A DNA stretch of 63,860 bases, counting the filler, from Vezdaea acicularis (taxonomy: Eukaryota), in the NCBI GenBank assembly GCA_026025075.1. It is 3 parts of 3 records of this genome, joined end to end, with 100 filler letters (N's around TTAATTAATTAA, not from the genome) between each part and the next. Parts side by side here need not be neighbours in the genome. Positions count along the whole stretch, not along the records: positions 1 to 29,534 come from JAPEUI010000166.1; 2 more parts are not named here. One strand, written 5' to 3'. Positions 12,811 to 25,201 of the stretch are shown here, piece after piece. How positions within the stretch are numbered: position 1 is the first letter of the stretch; each line of letters starts with the position of its first letter. Both the position numbers and the translations under genes were made by a program. Below the pieces are notes generated by a model. The model was not told the DNA's origin. It saw nothing but the letters and a program-made list of their open reading frames with translations, and did not search any database.

Positions 12811-14881
12811 ATGGTCTCCGCATCGAAGGCCGCCCGGCAAGCTAAACGAGCGGCTGATGGCAGCGACAAGAAGAAAACAGTTGCTTCGCGGGTTTCCTCA
12901 AAGGCAGGGTCAAAGGCAAACTCGAAGGCTTCCTCAGTTGCCGGAGATGAAACACCACCTCGACTAGATGAGGAGGGGAACCCGCTGCCCGAGGATGAGG
13001 CGCCTGCTACAACTAACGACAAGCTTCCTGATGTCCAGAAACTCGCGCTTCAAGAGGACAAGCACGGGCTATCAGATCGGGTTACCACTGGTGTCCTTGC
13101 GTCTATCGCTTCGAGTAGAGATGTAAAGATCAACTCGGCATCACTCGTCTTTCATGGCAAGGTGCTGATCACGGACACAACACTTGAATTGAATTATGGC
13201 CGACGATATGGCCTTTTGGGGGAAAATGGATGCGGTAAATCGACTTTTCTAAAGGCAGTTGCCAAACGCGAGTATCCTATACCCGAACACGTGGATATAT
13301 ACCTTCTCAACGAAGGCGCCGCTCCGAGCGATCTCGGAGCCTTGGAATGGGTTGTCAAAGAGGCAGAGAATGAGATGGATAGGCTTGATAAATTGGCCGA
13401 GGAGATACTGGAAAAAGACGGACCTCAAAGTCCGCTCCTGGAGGACCTGTATGAGGTAAGGAGATAAACCCGACATACTGAGGGCAACAATCTAACACTC
13501 TTGAAGCGCATGGAAACTATGGATCCTTCAACATTTGCGACCCGCGCCTCGCTCATCCTTACTGGTCTTGGCTTCAACAAGACTACAATTCATAAAAGAA
13601 CAAAAGATATGTCAGGAGGCTGGCGGATGAGAGTGGCCCTAGCGAAAGCACTTTTCGTGAAGCCTTCTCTCCTTCTCCTGGATGATCCCACTGCCCACTT
13701 GGATCTTGAAGCATGCGTGTGGCTGGAAGAGTACCTAATGAAATGGGACCGAACGCTTGTGCTTGTTTCACATAGCATGGACTTCATCAACGGCGTATGC
13801 ACAAATATGATAGATATGCGTATGAAGCAACTAATATACTACGGAGGAAATTACGACTCGTATGTTTGAAAGCGAAAAACTCCGCCGCGATGTACTCCAC
13901 TAACATCTTTCCAGCTACATCAAGACTCGCACAGAGCAGGAGACCAATCAAATGAAAGCTTATCAAAAGCAGCAAGACGAAATTGTTCACATCAAGAAGT
14001 TCATCGCCTCAGCAGGTACCTACGCTAATTTGGTTCGACAAGCAAAATCTCGTCAAAAGATTCTTGATAAAATGGAAGCAGATGGGTTGATCCAACCCGT
14101 TGCACAAGATCGTGTTTTCACCTTCCGCTTCGCTGACGTAGAGAAGTTGCCTCCTCCAGTTTTGTCTTTCGACGACGTGACCTTCTCATATTCCGGTAAC
14201 AGTAAGGACAATTTATATGAGAACCTTGACCTCGGCGTGGATATGGACTCTAGAGTTGCACTGGTTGGGCCAAATGGTGTTGGCAAGTCAACCCTGCTTC
14301 GCATCATGACGGGCAAGCTTTCAACGACAGGTGGTGTTGTTTCAAGGCATACCCATCTGAAGCTAGGTGTCTACTCGCAACACTCCGCGGAACAACTGGA
14401 TCTCACCAAGTCGGCTCTTGACTTTGTACGAGATAAATATAGCGACAAAAGCCAAGACTACCAGTATTGGCGACAGCAACTAGGGAGATATGGGCTGAGC
14501 GGTGAAGCTCAGACCGCTTTGATGGGCACACTCTCCGAAGGCCAGAAAAGCAGGATCGTTTTTGCTTTGCTGGCGATTGAGGGCCCGAATATGCTGTTGC
14601 TGGACGAGCCGACCAATGGTCTTGATATACCCACGATCGACTCATTGGCTGATGCCATCAATGCTTTTAGTGGGGGCGTAGTCGTTGTCTCACATGACTT
14701 CCGGTGAGTTACCCTCACAATTCTGCTTCCGACTGATCACTAACGAATGAGCAGGCTTCTCGACAAGATCGCCAAAGACATTATGGTCTGCGAGAACAAG
14801 ACTGTCAGAAAATGGGATGGAAGTATTGGGGAATATAAGAACCACCTTCGCAAAAAGATGAGGGCACAAGGAGCTGTATAA
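12811..14881 (+). CDS. ARB1: ABC-F family ATPase Arb1 (ABCF2 orthologue), 4 exons
   Basis: Two ABC domains ([25 protein letters not shown] and [22 protein letters not shown]), no TM segments, conserved [19 protein letters not shown] linker. Stop TAA 14879-14881. Confidence 0.93.
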
Positions 14882-15227
14882 GAACCACCCTTGGCAAAAC
14901 GTGTGAGGCACAAGGAAATGACTATATCATCTGCCTCCCTAATCCTCTGTTTTCTGTTTCTTGGTCTGCACTTCTAGACGGTTAGAATATTGGCATCTGG
15001 GTGGATGATGAAAAACTGTTTTTGTTGGCGCTGGACACGGACCTAGCCGCAATACTTCTGGCTGCAAGTACCAGGCCAACCTTTTCGACATTCAATACAT
15101 GACTCTTGTGAGGAATTCTGAGTGATGCATTACCTGATGACATCTTCCTTGTGGTAGAGAAAAGACATCAATCCTTAACGTCCTCGCACTGGGTTCGAGC
15201 TTCAGCAAATGCTGTTTCATGCTCATT

Positions 15228-16514
15228 TTATGCACCTTTAACGAGATCTCCTCCAAAGACATCACCTTCACGCTCAAGTTTTTCCCTTTCAAGCCGCCTT
15301 TTCTTGATTATCTTCTCATCTATGTCGTCATCCTTTCCAACCCCAGCGCTCGCTCCTTCCCGTTTTTGCGCTCTGTTCAATGCGACCAAATCCTTCTTTT
15401 CGGGGTTCATACAGTGGTATAGCTTCTTACCTATCCGTGTCAGCTCGGCCATCTCTACTTCGGAAGGCTGAGGTGGCGTGGTTGGAGAGGACAAGAGCTT
15501 TGCGCAGCTCTCTAGTGTGGCTGTTAATTTTGCGTGTAGTGGAGAAAGGTCACGTTCCTTGCCATTAACAACGACAGAAGATGAAAGCTTGACTTCGAGA
15601 TAGAAAGTTGTAAGAGGCTTGTCGATAGTGAAGAGAGCTGCGAGCCAGATTTGCGATGGCGTGTAATGGAAATATACATCTGTTAAAAGAGCGGAGGTCT
15701 TCAATATGTCTTTCGCCTTTCCATGGACAGTTCGGATACGATTCTTGATGTCTTCTGTAGTCTGGCGCGCCGAGATCCCTCCGTCCGGAAGGGCAATAAG
15801 TGTCAAGCGCCGCTGCAACGTTTGTGGATCATGTTCCCGCAACGCTGGCGTGATGGGTTGGCCACTAGCGATAGCAAGAAGTTCCATGAACCCCCCCTCA
15901 AGGCCTCTTTGTGGATGTCGTACATCAAAGGTAAAGAGCAGCCCTTGAGTTACTATAAACTCCGTGGCTATGACAAGTTCTGGGGTCGTTTTCGGGATTT
16001 GTGCCGCAAACTTCTTCAACGGTATGTAGTGGTTATCCGTCTTCGTGGCTAGGTATAGAGCTGAAAGTAGGACTGCTTTTGGATGGAACGTCATTGGAGA
16101 ATTTCGCAAGTAAAATCTTTTAAGATATTGAACGGCTGTAGCCTTTCATGGTCAGCTTGATACCTTCTGTCGGGGGAACAAGCTTACCTTGACGTTCGTC
16201 GGGACGTTCATGACCTCGGACAGCTCCATGATCTTAACGCAGTAGTAGCCTACAAGCTTTAACTCTTCTTCCGCGGTGAGGCAGTTGATATCTTTATCCG
16301 CTGATCCATTCTTCTGCGGAGTCCCAAATTCAACGTCAGTAGTATCATCATTCAAGGTTGTGCCAGTCTTTGTCGTGTGAACACGAGCAATAGCCTCTTT
16401 GACTCGTTTGGCAGCACGAATATTGGTCTTTGCTCGAAGTGCTGCGAGTGAGCTTGGCGTGAAGGACCAGTACTTATACTGCGTTGAAGTCCGGTATATC
16501 GCGTCTTCATTCAT
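15228..16514 (-). CDS. CCL1: Cyclin H (TFIIK/CAK cyclin), 2 exons
   Basis: YRTSTQYKYWSF N-terminus, then spliced VKATAVQYLKRFYLRNSPMTFHPK, and LLTDVYFHYTPSQIWLAA. Intron 16143-16187. Confidence 0.9.
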
Positions 16515-16699
16515 TTCTGTAGTGGACTTTTCTCTGCTAGCAATCCTTTTGAAGCTAAGAAAGATGTGCAAGGTCTCACCTTGTGGTTAAAGCGTCTAAA
16601 GAAGTCTTGAAGTCTTCTGGACATGAGAGGTAGTAAACGGTTTCGAGGACATCCCAAAACTAATAAGATATATATTTGTATAGCGGGAATGTCGAGTAT

Positions 16700-16805
16700 G
16701 TCTGGATGGCTTAGTTGGTTAAAGCGTCGGTCTCATATATAATGAGTGATCTGCCATACAGATTACGTGATCCGAAGGTCGTGAGTTCGACCCTCACTCC
16801 GGACA
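16700..16805 (+). tRNA. tRNA-Met(CAT), elongator type, with 32-nt intron
   Basis: Acceptor stem GTCTGGA/TCCGGAC, D arm GCTTAGTTGGTTAAAGC, anticodon CAT 16734-16736, intron 16738-16769, T arm GTGAG-TTCGACC-CTCAC, then TTTTT Pol III terminator. U31-U39 pair as in fungal elongator Met tRNA. Confidence 0.93.
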
Positions 16806-17035
16806 TTTTTATTCTGCATTTGGTTCGGTTTAAACAAATCTCTGGTAATTCTAGAAGATTAATTCCAATTTCAATTTTTGGCCGTGAAGATTGATTGGTC
16901 TGTGAATAGATAGTCGTCTCTTGCGCTAACTGACCCGTTCGTTGCCAAGCATTCGCTTATCTTCATGGGCTTTAAACGGAAATATGTTTATGCGGGGAGC
17001 TTCTAGAGAACGTAGAACGCTCTGCTCGATACAGC

Positions 17036-18788
17036 ATGGATTTCCCTAAAGCATTTGGAAAGCAATCAAGTCACACCAATGTGAAAGCGCAGATTGAAAG
17101 AACAAAACGACACGACAATGCACCAAAGACTTCTGATCATGATCCAGACCGTGGACACTCGGATAACGATCATGGCGCTGAAGACGAGGAAGAGGAAGAT
17201 GAGAACGACGAGGATGACGAAGATGACGAATTTCCCACCTCCCATGACCTGGCCCTGCTAACGCAATCACGACCTGTTATTTCTATGACTCTGGATCCGT
17301 CGGGGTCTCGACTCATTACTGCAACAACTGAAACAACGAAGCTACATGACTTCGCCTCCATGACCCCAACAACGATTAGAGCATTCAAATCTATCGAAGC
17401 TACAGCTCTGCACCATGTAGAGTTTGGGAGCGCATCATCATTTTTACAAATTGAAACAACGGCAAAGGTGCTTTCCCGTGATGGAGAGGTCCTCACAGAT
17501 TTCGCCAAAGGAGATATGTACCTTAGAGACATGCATAATACGAAGGGTCATATATCAGAAATCACCACAGGTACATGGCATCCTACCGATAAACTACTCT
17601 GCGTAACTGCAGGAACGGATAGTACACTTCGTATCTGGGACGTTAATAACAAAAGGTCGCAGAAGGAGGTCATCGTCCACAAATCCCGTGCGCCAGGAGG
17701 ACGAACCCGGATGACAGCAGTCGCATGGGGGTCTTTTCTAGTAGGAGCCGCTCTAGATGGGGGAATAGCCATGTGGGGAGGAGATGGGCCTTATACCAGA
17801 CCCGCAGCCGAAGTTCGTGATGCTCATATAAGGGGAACTTGGACAGGTGGCCTTGATATCAGCTCTGACGGTCGCTTAGTGGTCTCGCGGGGAGGTGACG
17901 ATACAATAAAGCGTATGTAATGCTCGTAAAGCTTTGCTGCAAATTGCTGATTGAAAATCTATAGTGTGGGATACTCGGAAATTTAAAACCCCCATCGCAA
18001 CAACAACTCATTTGTCCACTTCTGAACAATATCCAAGCACTAACATCCGCTTCTCGCCTTCCTCCTCAAACATAATAACCGGTTCCCCTACTGGACACCT
18101 CCATATTCTCAGTTTGTCGCTTAGACCCGAACTCGTAACACCAGTCACTCCTGGATCGCCACTGATCTCAGTTCAGTGGCACGACAAGCTGAACCAGATC
18201 ATAACGGGATCTGCGAATGCAGAGACTCATGTTCTATATAACCCAGCTTTATCTTCAAAGGGTGCGACAATGGTAGTCTCCAAGGCTCCCAAAAGACGGC
18301 ACATTGATGATGATCCCAATCTTACGACAGACTTATCGCAGGGCCTTTCTGGTGACTCGATTGTCAATCCAAATGGCCTGCTCGCTAACACTAATCAAGC
18401 CTCAGTGAGCTATGCTGCGAGGCATCCTACGATTGGATTGACGTATTCGGGGAAGTCTCGCGACCCAAGGAGGCCAAATCAACCTGCCCAAACACCATTT
18501 GCTAAAAGCCAGCCGGATGAGAAACATATCAAGGAGCATATTCCTTTGAGTTCGATGCGAGATGAGGATCCTCGAGAGGCCCTTTTGAAATATGCAGACG
18601 TAGCAGAGAAGGATCCAATGTTCACCAATGCTTGGAAAGAAACACAACCAAAAACGTGAGTGACTGAGAATCAGAGGTCAGAGGGTGTTCAGATGCTGAC
18701 AGATTTCCTTTGTCTGCGCAGCCTATATGCCGATCTTAGTGATGATGAGGGAGAAGAGGCCCCTAATAAGAAAAGGCTAAAAAGATAA
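17036..18788 (+). CDS. WD40-repeat protein, WDR70-like (3 exons)
   Basis: Acidic N-terminal region, KGDMYLRDMHNTKGH, WD repeats (DSTLRIWD, DDTIKLWD spliced) and C-terminal DEDPREALLKYA. Confidence 0.85.
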
Positions 18789-19249
18789 TCTGGATGGGAG
18801 GCTGATTTCCGAGCTCTTGAAGAACAATTAAGCATAGTTCTGTGGAAGCAACAGAACAGGGCTGTGTGGTTGTAGCTTCTCTTCTATAATCAAGCGGAAG
18901 CGCAGTGTTAGTACTTTGAAGCGTTCATAGACATTTCGCCAGCACGCGGTAGAAGCGGGAGCCGGAAAATTGACAGGCCGACGCCGAGGAACGGCAAAGT
19001 TGCCCATGTCATCCAACATTTTGTATAGAATGCAAGCGGTGTCCTAACATTTGAATCGCTCCCATATGTTTCGAACTACTGACAAGTATGGATATCTCCA
19101 AATTAAGATGCTGCCGTCGCTCCATCGCAAGCGTCTTATAGTATCCCTTCAGGAAACCATCGTTCAACCATCTCTAGCCATCGACATCAAGACAGAGAGT
19201 GCGTGTCAATCTTAAAGATCGGACCAAATAGGTCCTAAGCCTTCTGCGT

Positions 19250-21468
19250 ATGCCTGTCGCAGGGTTGTCGGCTTCGGTCGATTTTTCCTCGGCGTACGAT
19301 CATGGAGGTGAAGGTATTCCAATTCAGAGGTGGTCCTCTCTTATTGGAATCGTCACGGCAATCGTTGGAAACATTCTTATATCTTTCGCATTAAACATTC
19401 AGAGATACGCTCATATCCGGATGAGTCGAGACCATGAAATGCGACGAAAGATAGTGGAGGATCGGAAGTTCCAGAGTAACGGATCAAAGTATGACTTGCG
19501 ACAATTTGCTAAGCCGCGGACAATTGTCACAATACCTGAGGAGCAACATGCAGGACAAGATGCTTCGGAAAACGATCCATTAATGCCATCTCGTAGCTCT
19601 AGGCCCTCGTCTGACTCTAGCAGGACTGTTAACTCCTTCGAAAAGCGCCAGCTTGACACCTCGAATCAGAATTATCTCCGATCTCCGTACTGGTGGGCTG
19701 GCATACTACTTATGACGGTCGGAGAGATAGGAAACTTCCTAGCATACGGCTTCGCACCAGCTTCTATCGTGTCCCCGTTGGGAGTGGTAGCATTGATCTC
19801 CAATTGTATGATAGCCCCTATCATGCTGAAGGAGCATTTCCGGGCCCGGGATTTCTGGGGTGTCATGACTGCTGTTGCGGGAGCCGTCATAGTTGTCTTG
19901 AGCGCAAAGACATCAGAGAAAAAACTTGGCCCGCACGAGATATGGGACGCGATAAATCGATGGGAATTCGAACTATACCTGGGCATTACCATCTGCCTCA
20001 TCATATTAGGGATGTGGGCGAGCGGTAAGTACGGGGCACGTACCATTCTCATTGACTTGGGACTTGTTGGGTTGTTTGGTATGTACAACAATCCAATATC
20101 AACCCACTTCGCTAATAAACGTAATCGCAAGGCGCTTATACGGCATTATCTACCAAAGGCGTCGCATCCCTCCTCTCGTATACGTTTTGGCGTATTTTCA
20201 CTTTCCCGGTGACCTACCTTCTGCTTGCCATCTTAATATCCACTGCTATGCTCCAAATCAGATATGTCAACCGTGCCTTGCAGAGATTTGACTCGACGCA
20301 AGTCATACCGACTCAATTTGTCATGTTCACGCTCTCTGTGATTATTGGCAGCGCTGTACTATATAGAGACTTTGAGCAAGCTACGCCAGGCAGAGTCTGG
20401 AAATTCATTGCTGGCTGCGCTTGTACCTTTCTAGGAGTCTATCTGATTACTAGCGGAAGAGATAGAATGCAGGATAATGAAGATCTAGAGGAGGGAGATG
20501 ACGAGGAGGACAACATTAACCTCCCTGAGGATTATCGTTACGAAACACCGGCCAGGGACGGAGTCAAGCGACCAAAAATGCAGAACGCGCACAGAATTAT
20601 CTCGCTGTCAGATATAGATGACGCAGAAGGAAGCCCCTTAGGTGAAAGCCCGTTGCCTCTATCAACGGTAATCTCGGAAGAGAGAGAGGTTTCTCCGTCT
20701 CGTGGAGACGTAACACCTCGGCGCCTCTCTCGAGATGCTCCCTATGTACCACAGCTTATGTTGACCCCGGGACCAGAATCACACCGAGAATCTCAGACCT
20801 CCAAAGTTGGTGACTCTATCAACCTTCTCGAGAACCCATGGCATGCTTCAGACGAAAGTCTCACTCCGGTGCGTGGCAAGCTAAAGTCCACCACTTCGTC
20901 TCCGGTTCTTCCCTCGGAACCTCAAGATGTTGAAGATCGACCGCTGGCAACTCGTTCTACGTCTAATGTTGTTGAATCTGAGCCACGCATCGATCCCTCC
21001 CATACGCCCTCCCGCAGGTCTTTGTCTCAATTCGTTTCTGGACCGCTCTCATCACCGCTCTCGTCACTGAGTGCACTCGTAGCGGATTCGCGCCGGCGAG
21101 GTCTCAATACAGCGCCCAAACGTAGACGACGTGGTGGAAGCGTAAGAGAATCGCCCACATTATACCGAACAGAGACACCACTGAGATCCGAGTCAATGCG
21201 TATTCGAGACCGGGAACCCTCAAGCTCTGAACTTGGACACTCCGAGCCAGGCTCGCCATTCCCTAAACTCGGCCTGAGGCGCACGGAACAGGAGCTGTCT
21301 CCACCGTCAGACCACAGGACTAATCAACGTCGCCGACAGAGTTTAGGCACCACCATTTCCGATCTGTTTCGTACTAAAAAGGTGAGGGGAGAAAACCAAG
21401 ACGAGTGGGATGTAGGTCGAAGTGGCGTGGCAAGCTCTGGCGCTGGTCGAATTGACGATCAAGCTTGA
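19250..21468 (+). CDS. NIPA-family (DUF803) Mg2+ transporter-like membrane protein (2 exons)
   Basis: YLRSPYWWAG, GEIGNFLAYGFAPASIVSPLG, spliced GAYTALSTKGVAS and YVNRALQRFDSTQVIP, with a long Ser/Pro-rich C-terminal tail. Confidence 0.9.
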
Positions 21469-21966
21469 TGTCGACGCATATTTTCCCACTAGTGGATGGA
21501 GTTTTTCGGGTCCAGGTCATGAGTTCAACGCACAGAAAGCTACTAATGAATCGACGCAGTATACTTTAACTCGAAGAGCGCGAGCGTTCTTTTCGAACCG
21601 AGATGGGATAGCTGATGCAGAAAGCATTGTGGATCATGTCATCAATTCTCTCTGTGATTTAGCCTTAGCGTGTACATTCATCCTATAACATGTATATAAT
21701 TGATTACTTATCACAACCGTACATATCAACGTCTACAAAGGCTTAAACGCTTCTACATCATTCTAGCCCAGATGCAGCGTTTGAAATTCATCGTACGACG
21801 CATGAGGCGAGGACATTCAAGAAGACCCGCTGGCTCAACATTGTAGATGTATCCTTGAGTGCAGCTTTTAGTAGTGACCCGCAATAAATTTATATATGCG
21901 CTCGTTCTATGAGGACCTAGGTTGCATGAATAACATTCACTCCCGTTTCATGCCATGTATTTACAC

Positions 21967-22299
21967 TCAGTGCTCTTGCTTGGACCCCGCGGCGGTATCT
22001 AGTTGGTGATGCTCGTCCTTCACGAACGCATATTCATATCCACAGTATATTGCGAAGGCCACTGTTGCGATTCCGAGACCCGGAAAACTACCCTTGAAGC
22101 GATTGAATCTTGTAAAAGGACCTGTATACCTCCATCGCTCACTGTACTCCAGTTAGTCAGCCACAGAATATTGAGGTAATTGTTATGTCCTCATGCGTCT
22201 TGCCACATACTGTCTAGCCCACGGGTCGTTCGCAGGAGTACCCGCCGATGCTGCGAGCTTTCGAATATCGAAACCTGTGTGGTTGCGCGATGGCGCCAT
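21967..22299 (-). CDS. NADH:ubiquinone oxidoreductase B12 subunit (NDUFB3/NB2M family), 87 aa, 2 exons; absent from the ORF track
   Basis: Exon 1 22299-22211, intron 22210-22142 (GTATGT...CTAAC...CAG), exon 2 22141-21967. Translation MAPSRNHTGFDIRKLAASAGTPANDPWARHERWRYTGPFTRFNRFKGSFPGLGIATVAFAIYCGYEYAFVKDEHHQLDTAAGSKQEH contains the DPWARxExWRY signature and one TM helix. Confidence 0.9.
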
Positions 22300-22727
22300 G
22301 CCAGCTTAGTCCTACACCGCCTATGCATCAGTTGAGACTCTTTACCAATTTAAAGTAGGTCATAAATACGTGATTGTAGATTGGTCTTAACATGAGAAGA
22401 CAAATCCGTAGTACATTCGTAGAAAGAACTATGTGATGATGGCAGCTACCTGTTGATCATTAAGGTTAATAATCTAAGCGAGCCTTGCGGCTTCATCAAA
22501 GGATCCACGCAGCCAAGAATCACTTCAAACTCCACCCCCATCCCGTAGCTCGATACTTACATAGATTTTTTTGAAGAGTGATAAGTAAACCCAACTTCGA
22601 TTTCACATAATACCCAACCTTCACTTGATGTTACATGGATTATCCTCTCGACCGTGGTAGACTTCTGCCCATGGTTGACCATACGTTGTGACTATCACGC
22701 ATAAACCATCACCTCGACCCAAGAAAA

Positions 22728-24339
22728 ATGCCTCCAATCGTTAATAGGTTCGGCGGGCCACATAATATAAATGCGTTCTCACACCTTCACCAGCAACATC
22801 AGCAGCAGCAATTTCATAACCCTACAACGCAAGGCCAACCGTCTGGCTCTTCCGGCCTTCCCCCGCCGTCCGTAGGTGCGCCCTCGACATTCGCGCCTGC
22901 CCACGGAGCTAATAACTTTAATCCTTTCGCCGTACCCGGTGGTATCAACGCTGGCCTTGGGGGTGGATTTGATCCGAGCCAAGGCCTTGGAGGTGGAAGT
23001 GGAACAGGCTTGGGGAGCCGTGAGGCAAAGCTAGGGTTTGCGCATGGAGCTGCATTACAACAACAGCAGCAACAACAGCAGCAACAGGCCCACAATGACG
23101 CTGGAATGGGTATATCAGAGAATAAGGGGCTGGCAAAATTGCGAATCCGTGAAGTGTGGCGCACCAACCTTGCTCAAGAAATGGCTGTGATATCGGATCT
23201 TGCAGAGGAGTATCCCTACATCGCTGTTGTACGTTTAGTCCTTCCTTGTTGATTTTACCCTCAATTTAGCTATTTACTGTCCACTTCTGACACCCATAAA
23301 GCGCCTGGAGTTTGGCGGCCTAGTTGCAAGGCCACTTGGAAGCTTTGCTGGAAAAACGGACTACCATTACCAGGTTTTAAGAACAAACACCGATCTCTCT
23401 ACCATCGTTCAACTTGGTCTTACGCTCTTCAATGCCGATGGCGAATTGCCCCCTGCACATCCTCAAGATCGACCACGTGCGCATGGACAATCATACCAAC
23501 AAGCGGCTATGCCTAATCCTTGTACCTGGCAATTCAACTTCAAATTCTCTCTTCAGAACGATATGTATGTTCAGGACAACATCGAAGTCCTACAAAAGAC
23601 TGGAGTGGATTTTGCAATGCTCGAGAAGAATGGGATTGACCCTTTTGACTTTGGAGCACAGCTGATACCTTCTGGGCTTGTACTTTCGAGAGATGTTACA
23701 TGGTTAACGTTCGGTGGAGGCTATGATTTCAGCTACCTGATGAAAATTATGCTTTCTAAACCTTTCCCGGATAACGAGGACCATTGGACACGGCTTTTGC
23801 AGTTGTATTTCCCGAGCTTTTATGATTCTAAATATATCATAAAAAACTTTGGTCGTCTCCATGAAAACCAACTAAACCCACAAGCATCGACGATGTTGGC
23901 GAATATGAGACCGACCGGACTTCACCCCCAAGAAGCAGCAGATTTACTCCAGATCAAGAGGTCTCCAGCGCACCAATCAGTTGGCTCGGATTCTCTGATG
24001 ACAGGGAAAATACATTTCGAAATGCGTCGTGTGCTTTTCGACGGAGCCATTGACGATGAGCTCTTTCGAAATCAAGTCTTTGGTATAAGAGACACCGAGC
24101 CGCCGGCGACCAACTCCGCATATGCCTCTACAAGCTTTCAGACCCAAGAGGAGGGCCTTGAAGCGAGTACCCAGACAATGCATCCCAACGGAAACACCCC
24201 GGGCACTCCTCTTACTGGACAAGCGGGGATATCAGCCATACCCGCCCCTAATCCTCAAAACGTTGGCAATGGAATGGGAGCTTTGACCCCAGGAGGCGGC
24301 GGTGGCGTTTTTGGAGGCTTTGAATTTTCGAGGCCCTAA
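22728..24339 (+). CDS. CAF1: CCR4-NOT subunit Caf1/Pop2 (DEDD fold) with Q/G-rich N-terminal extension and a divergent active site (2 exons)
   Basis: IREVWRTNL, VARP, DYHYQ, IVQLGLTL, CTWQFNFKF and YDFSYL. Intron 23229-23301. Confidence 0.88.
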
Positions 24340-24609
24340 GTGTCGTCGAAGGGGGCAAGTTGTTCGACGGATCAGTCAGGATCCATCCCACAATGCTGTA
24401 AATTAGATGGGCTCGGGGGGTTTCCACCGCATTCAGGTTTAGAGTAGGCTTTTCGAGGCGTTCATTTGATGCGTTTGTCTAGGATTACCTAAGACATGCT
24501 CAACATGAAGCAATGTACTGGATCGCATTTCCTTCCACAAAAAATTGCATGCTTCATCTCATGAGAGTCTTTCATTGTGTAAAATCTCATGAACGTTGAG
24601 AAGTCTTAT

Positions 24610-25072
24610 TTATCAGGTGATCACGGTTGTTCCAAATGAACCGCCTCTCCCTCCTACCCATTACAATGTCAACCACAAGGTCACTTCATAACCGATCAAA
24701 GCAAACTGCCGTCGAATACTCTTCGGATATTATGTGAATTAAATCGAGTCACTTATGATATTTCCGTCGCATATGGGACTGCAATGCCCTTTTGGGGATG
24801 ACCTAACCGCGTTAAGGAAAAGGATCCGAAGAACCCCCCGACCTCTGCCTGCAAAGTTTGGAGCCGATATACCCCACCTGCAACAATGGTGAACAGCTCT
24901 TATCTCTGGGATTTAGGTCCGTCGAATGGAGATAATGGGATCACTATCGCTTTAAAAGCTCGGGAAGGCTCCTTTTTATCAACAGTCGCCCCATACCATG
25001 TACTGTCCACCAATTACAAGATGGCATCCTTTATCTGCCGATGATCTGGCTCCTGCCCTTGGTCATTATATA
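24610..25072 (+). promoter_or_regulatory. GATA-site cluster and TATA-like element upstream of the amine oxidase
   Basis: TTATCA 24610, TTATCT 24900, AGATAA 24930, CTATCG 24944, TTATCA 24976, TTATCT 25031 and TATATA 25067. Confidence 0.55.
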
Positions 25073-25201
25073 GATGCCCCTCGTCGTCATCACACTTGAA
25101 AGATCAATATTAAAATCAATACTACTAATACTTGTACAATCTATATACTCCAGTTTGTATAAGTGTCCTTGGTATTGTGACCAGGAATCATTCAAGGGAC
25201 A

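Noticed and set aside
21985..22085. tRNA-like TCTAGTTGGT / GCGATTCC motifs on the + strand
   Set aside because: No acceptor stem or proper T arm; the region is the antisense of exon 2 of the complex I subunit gene.
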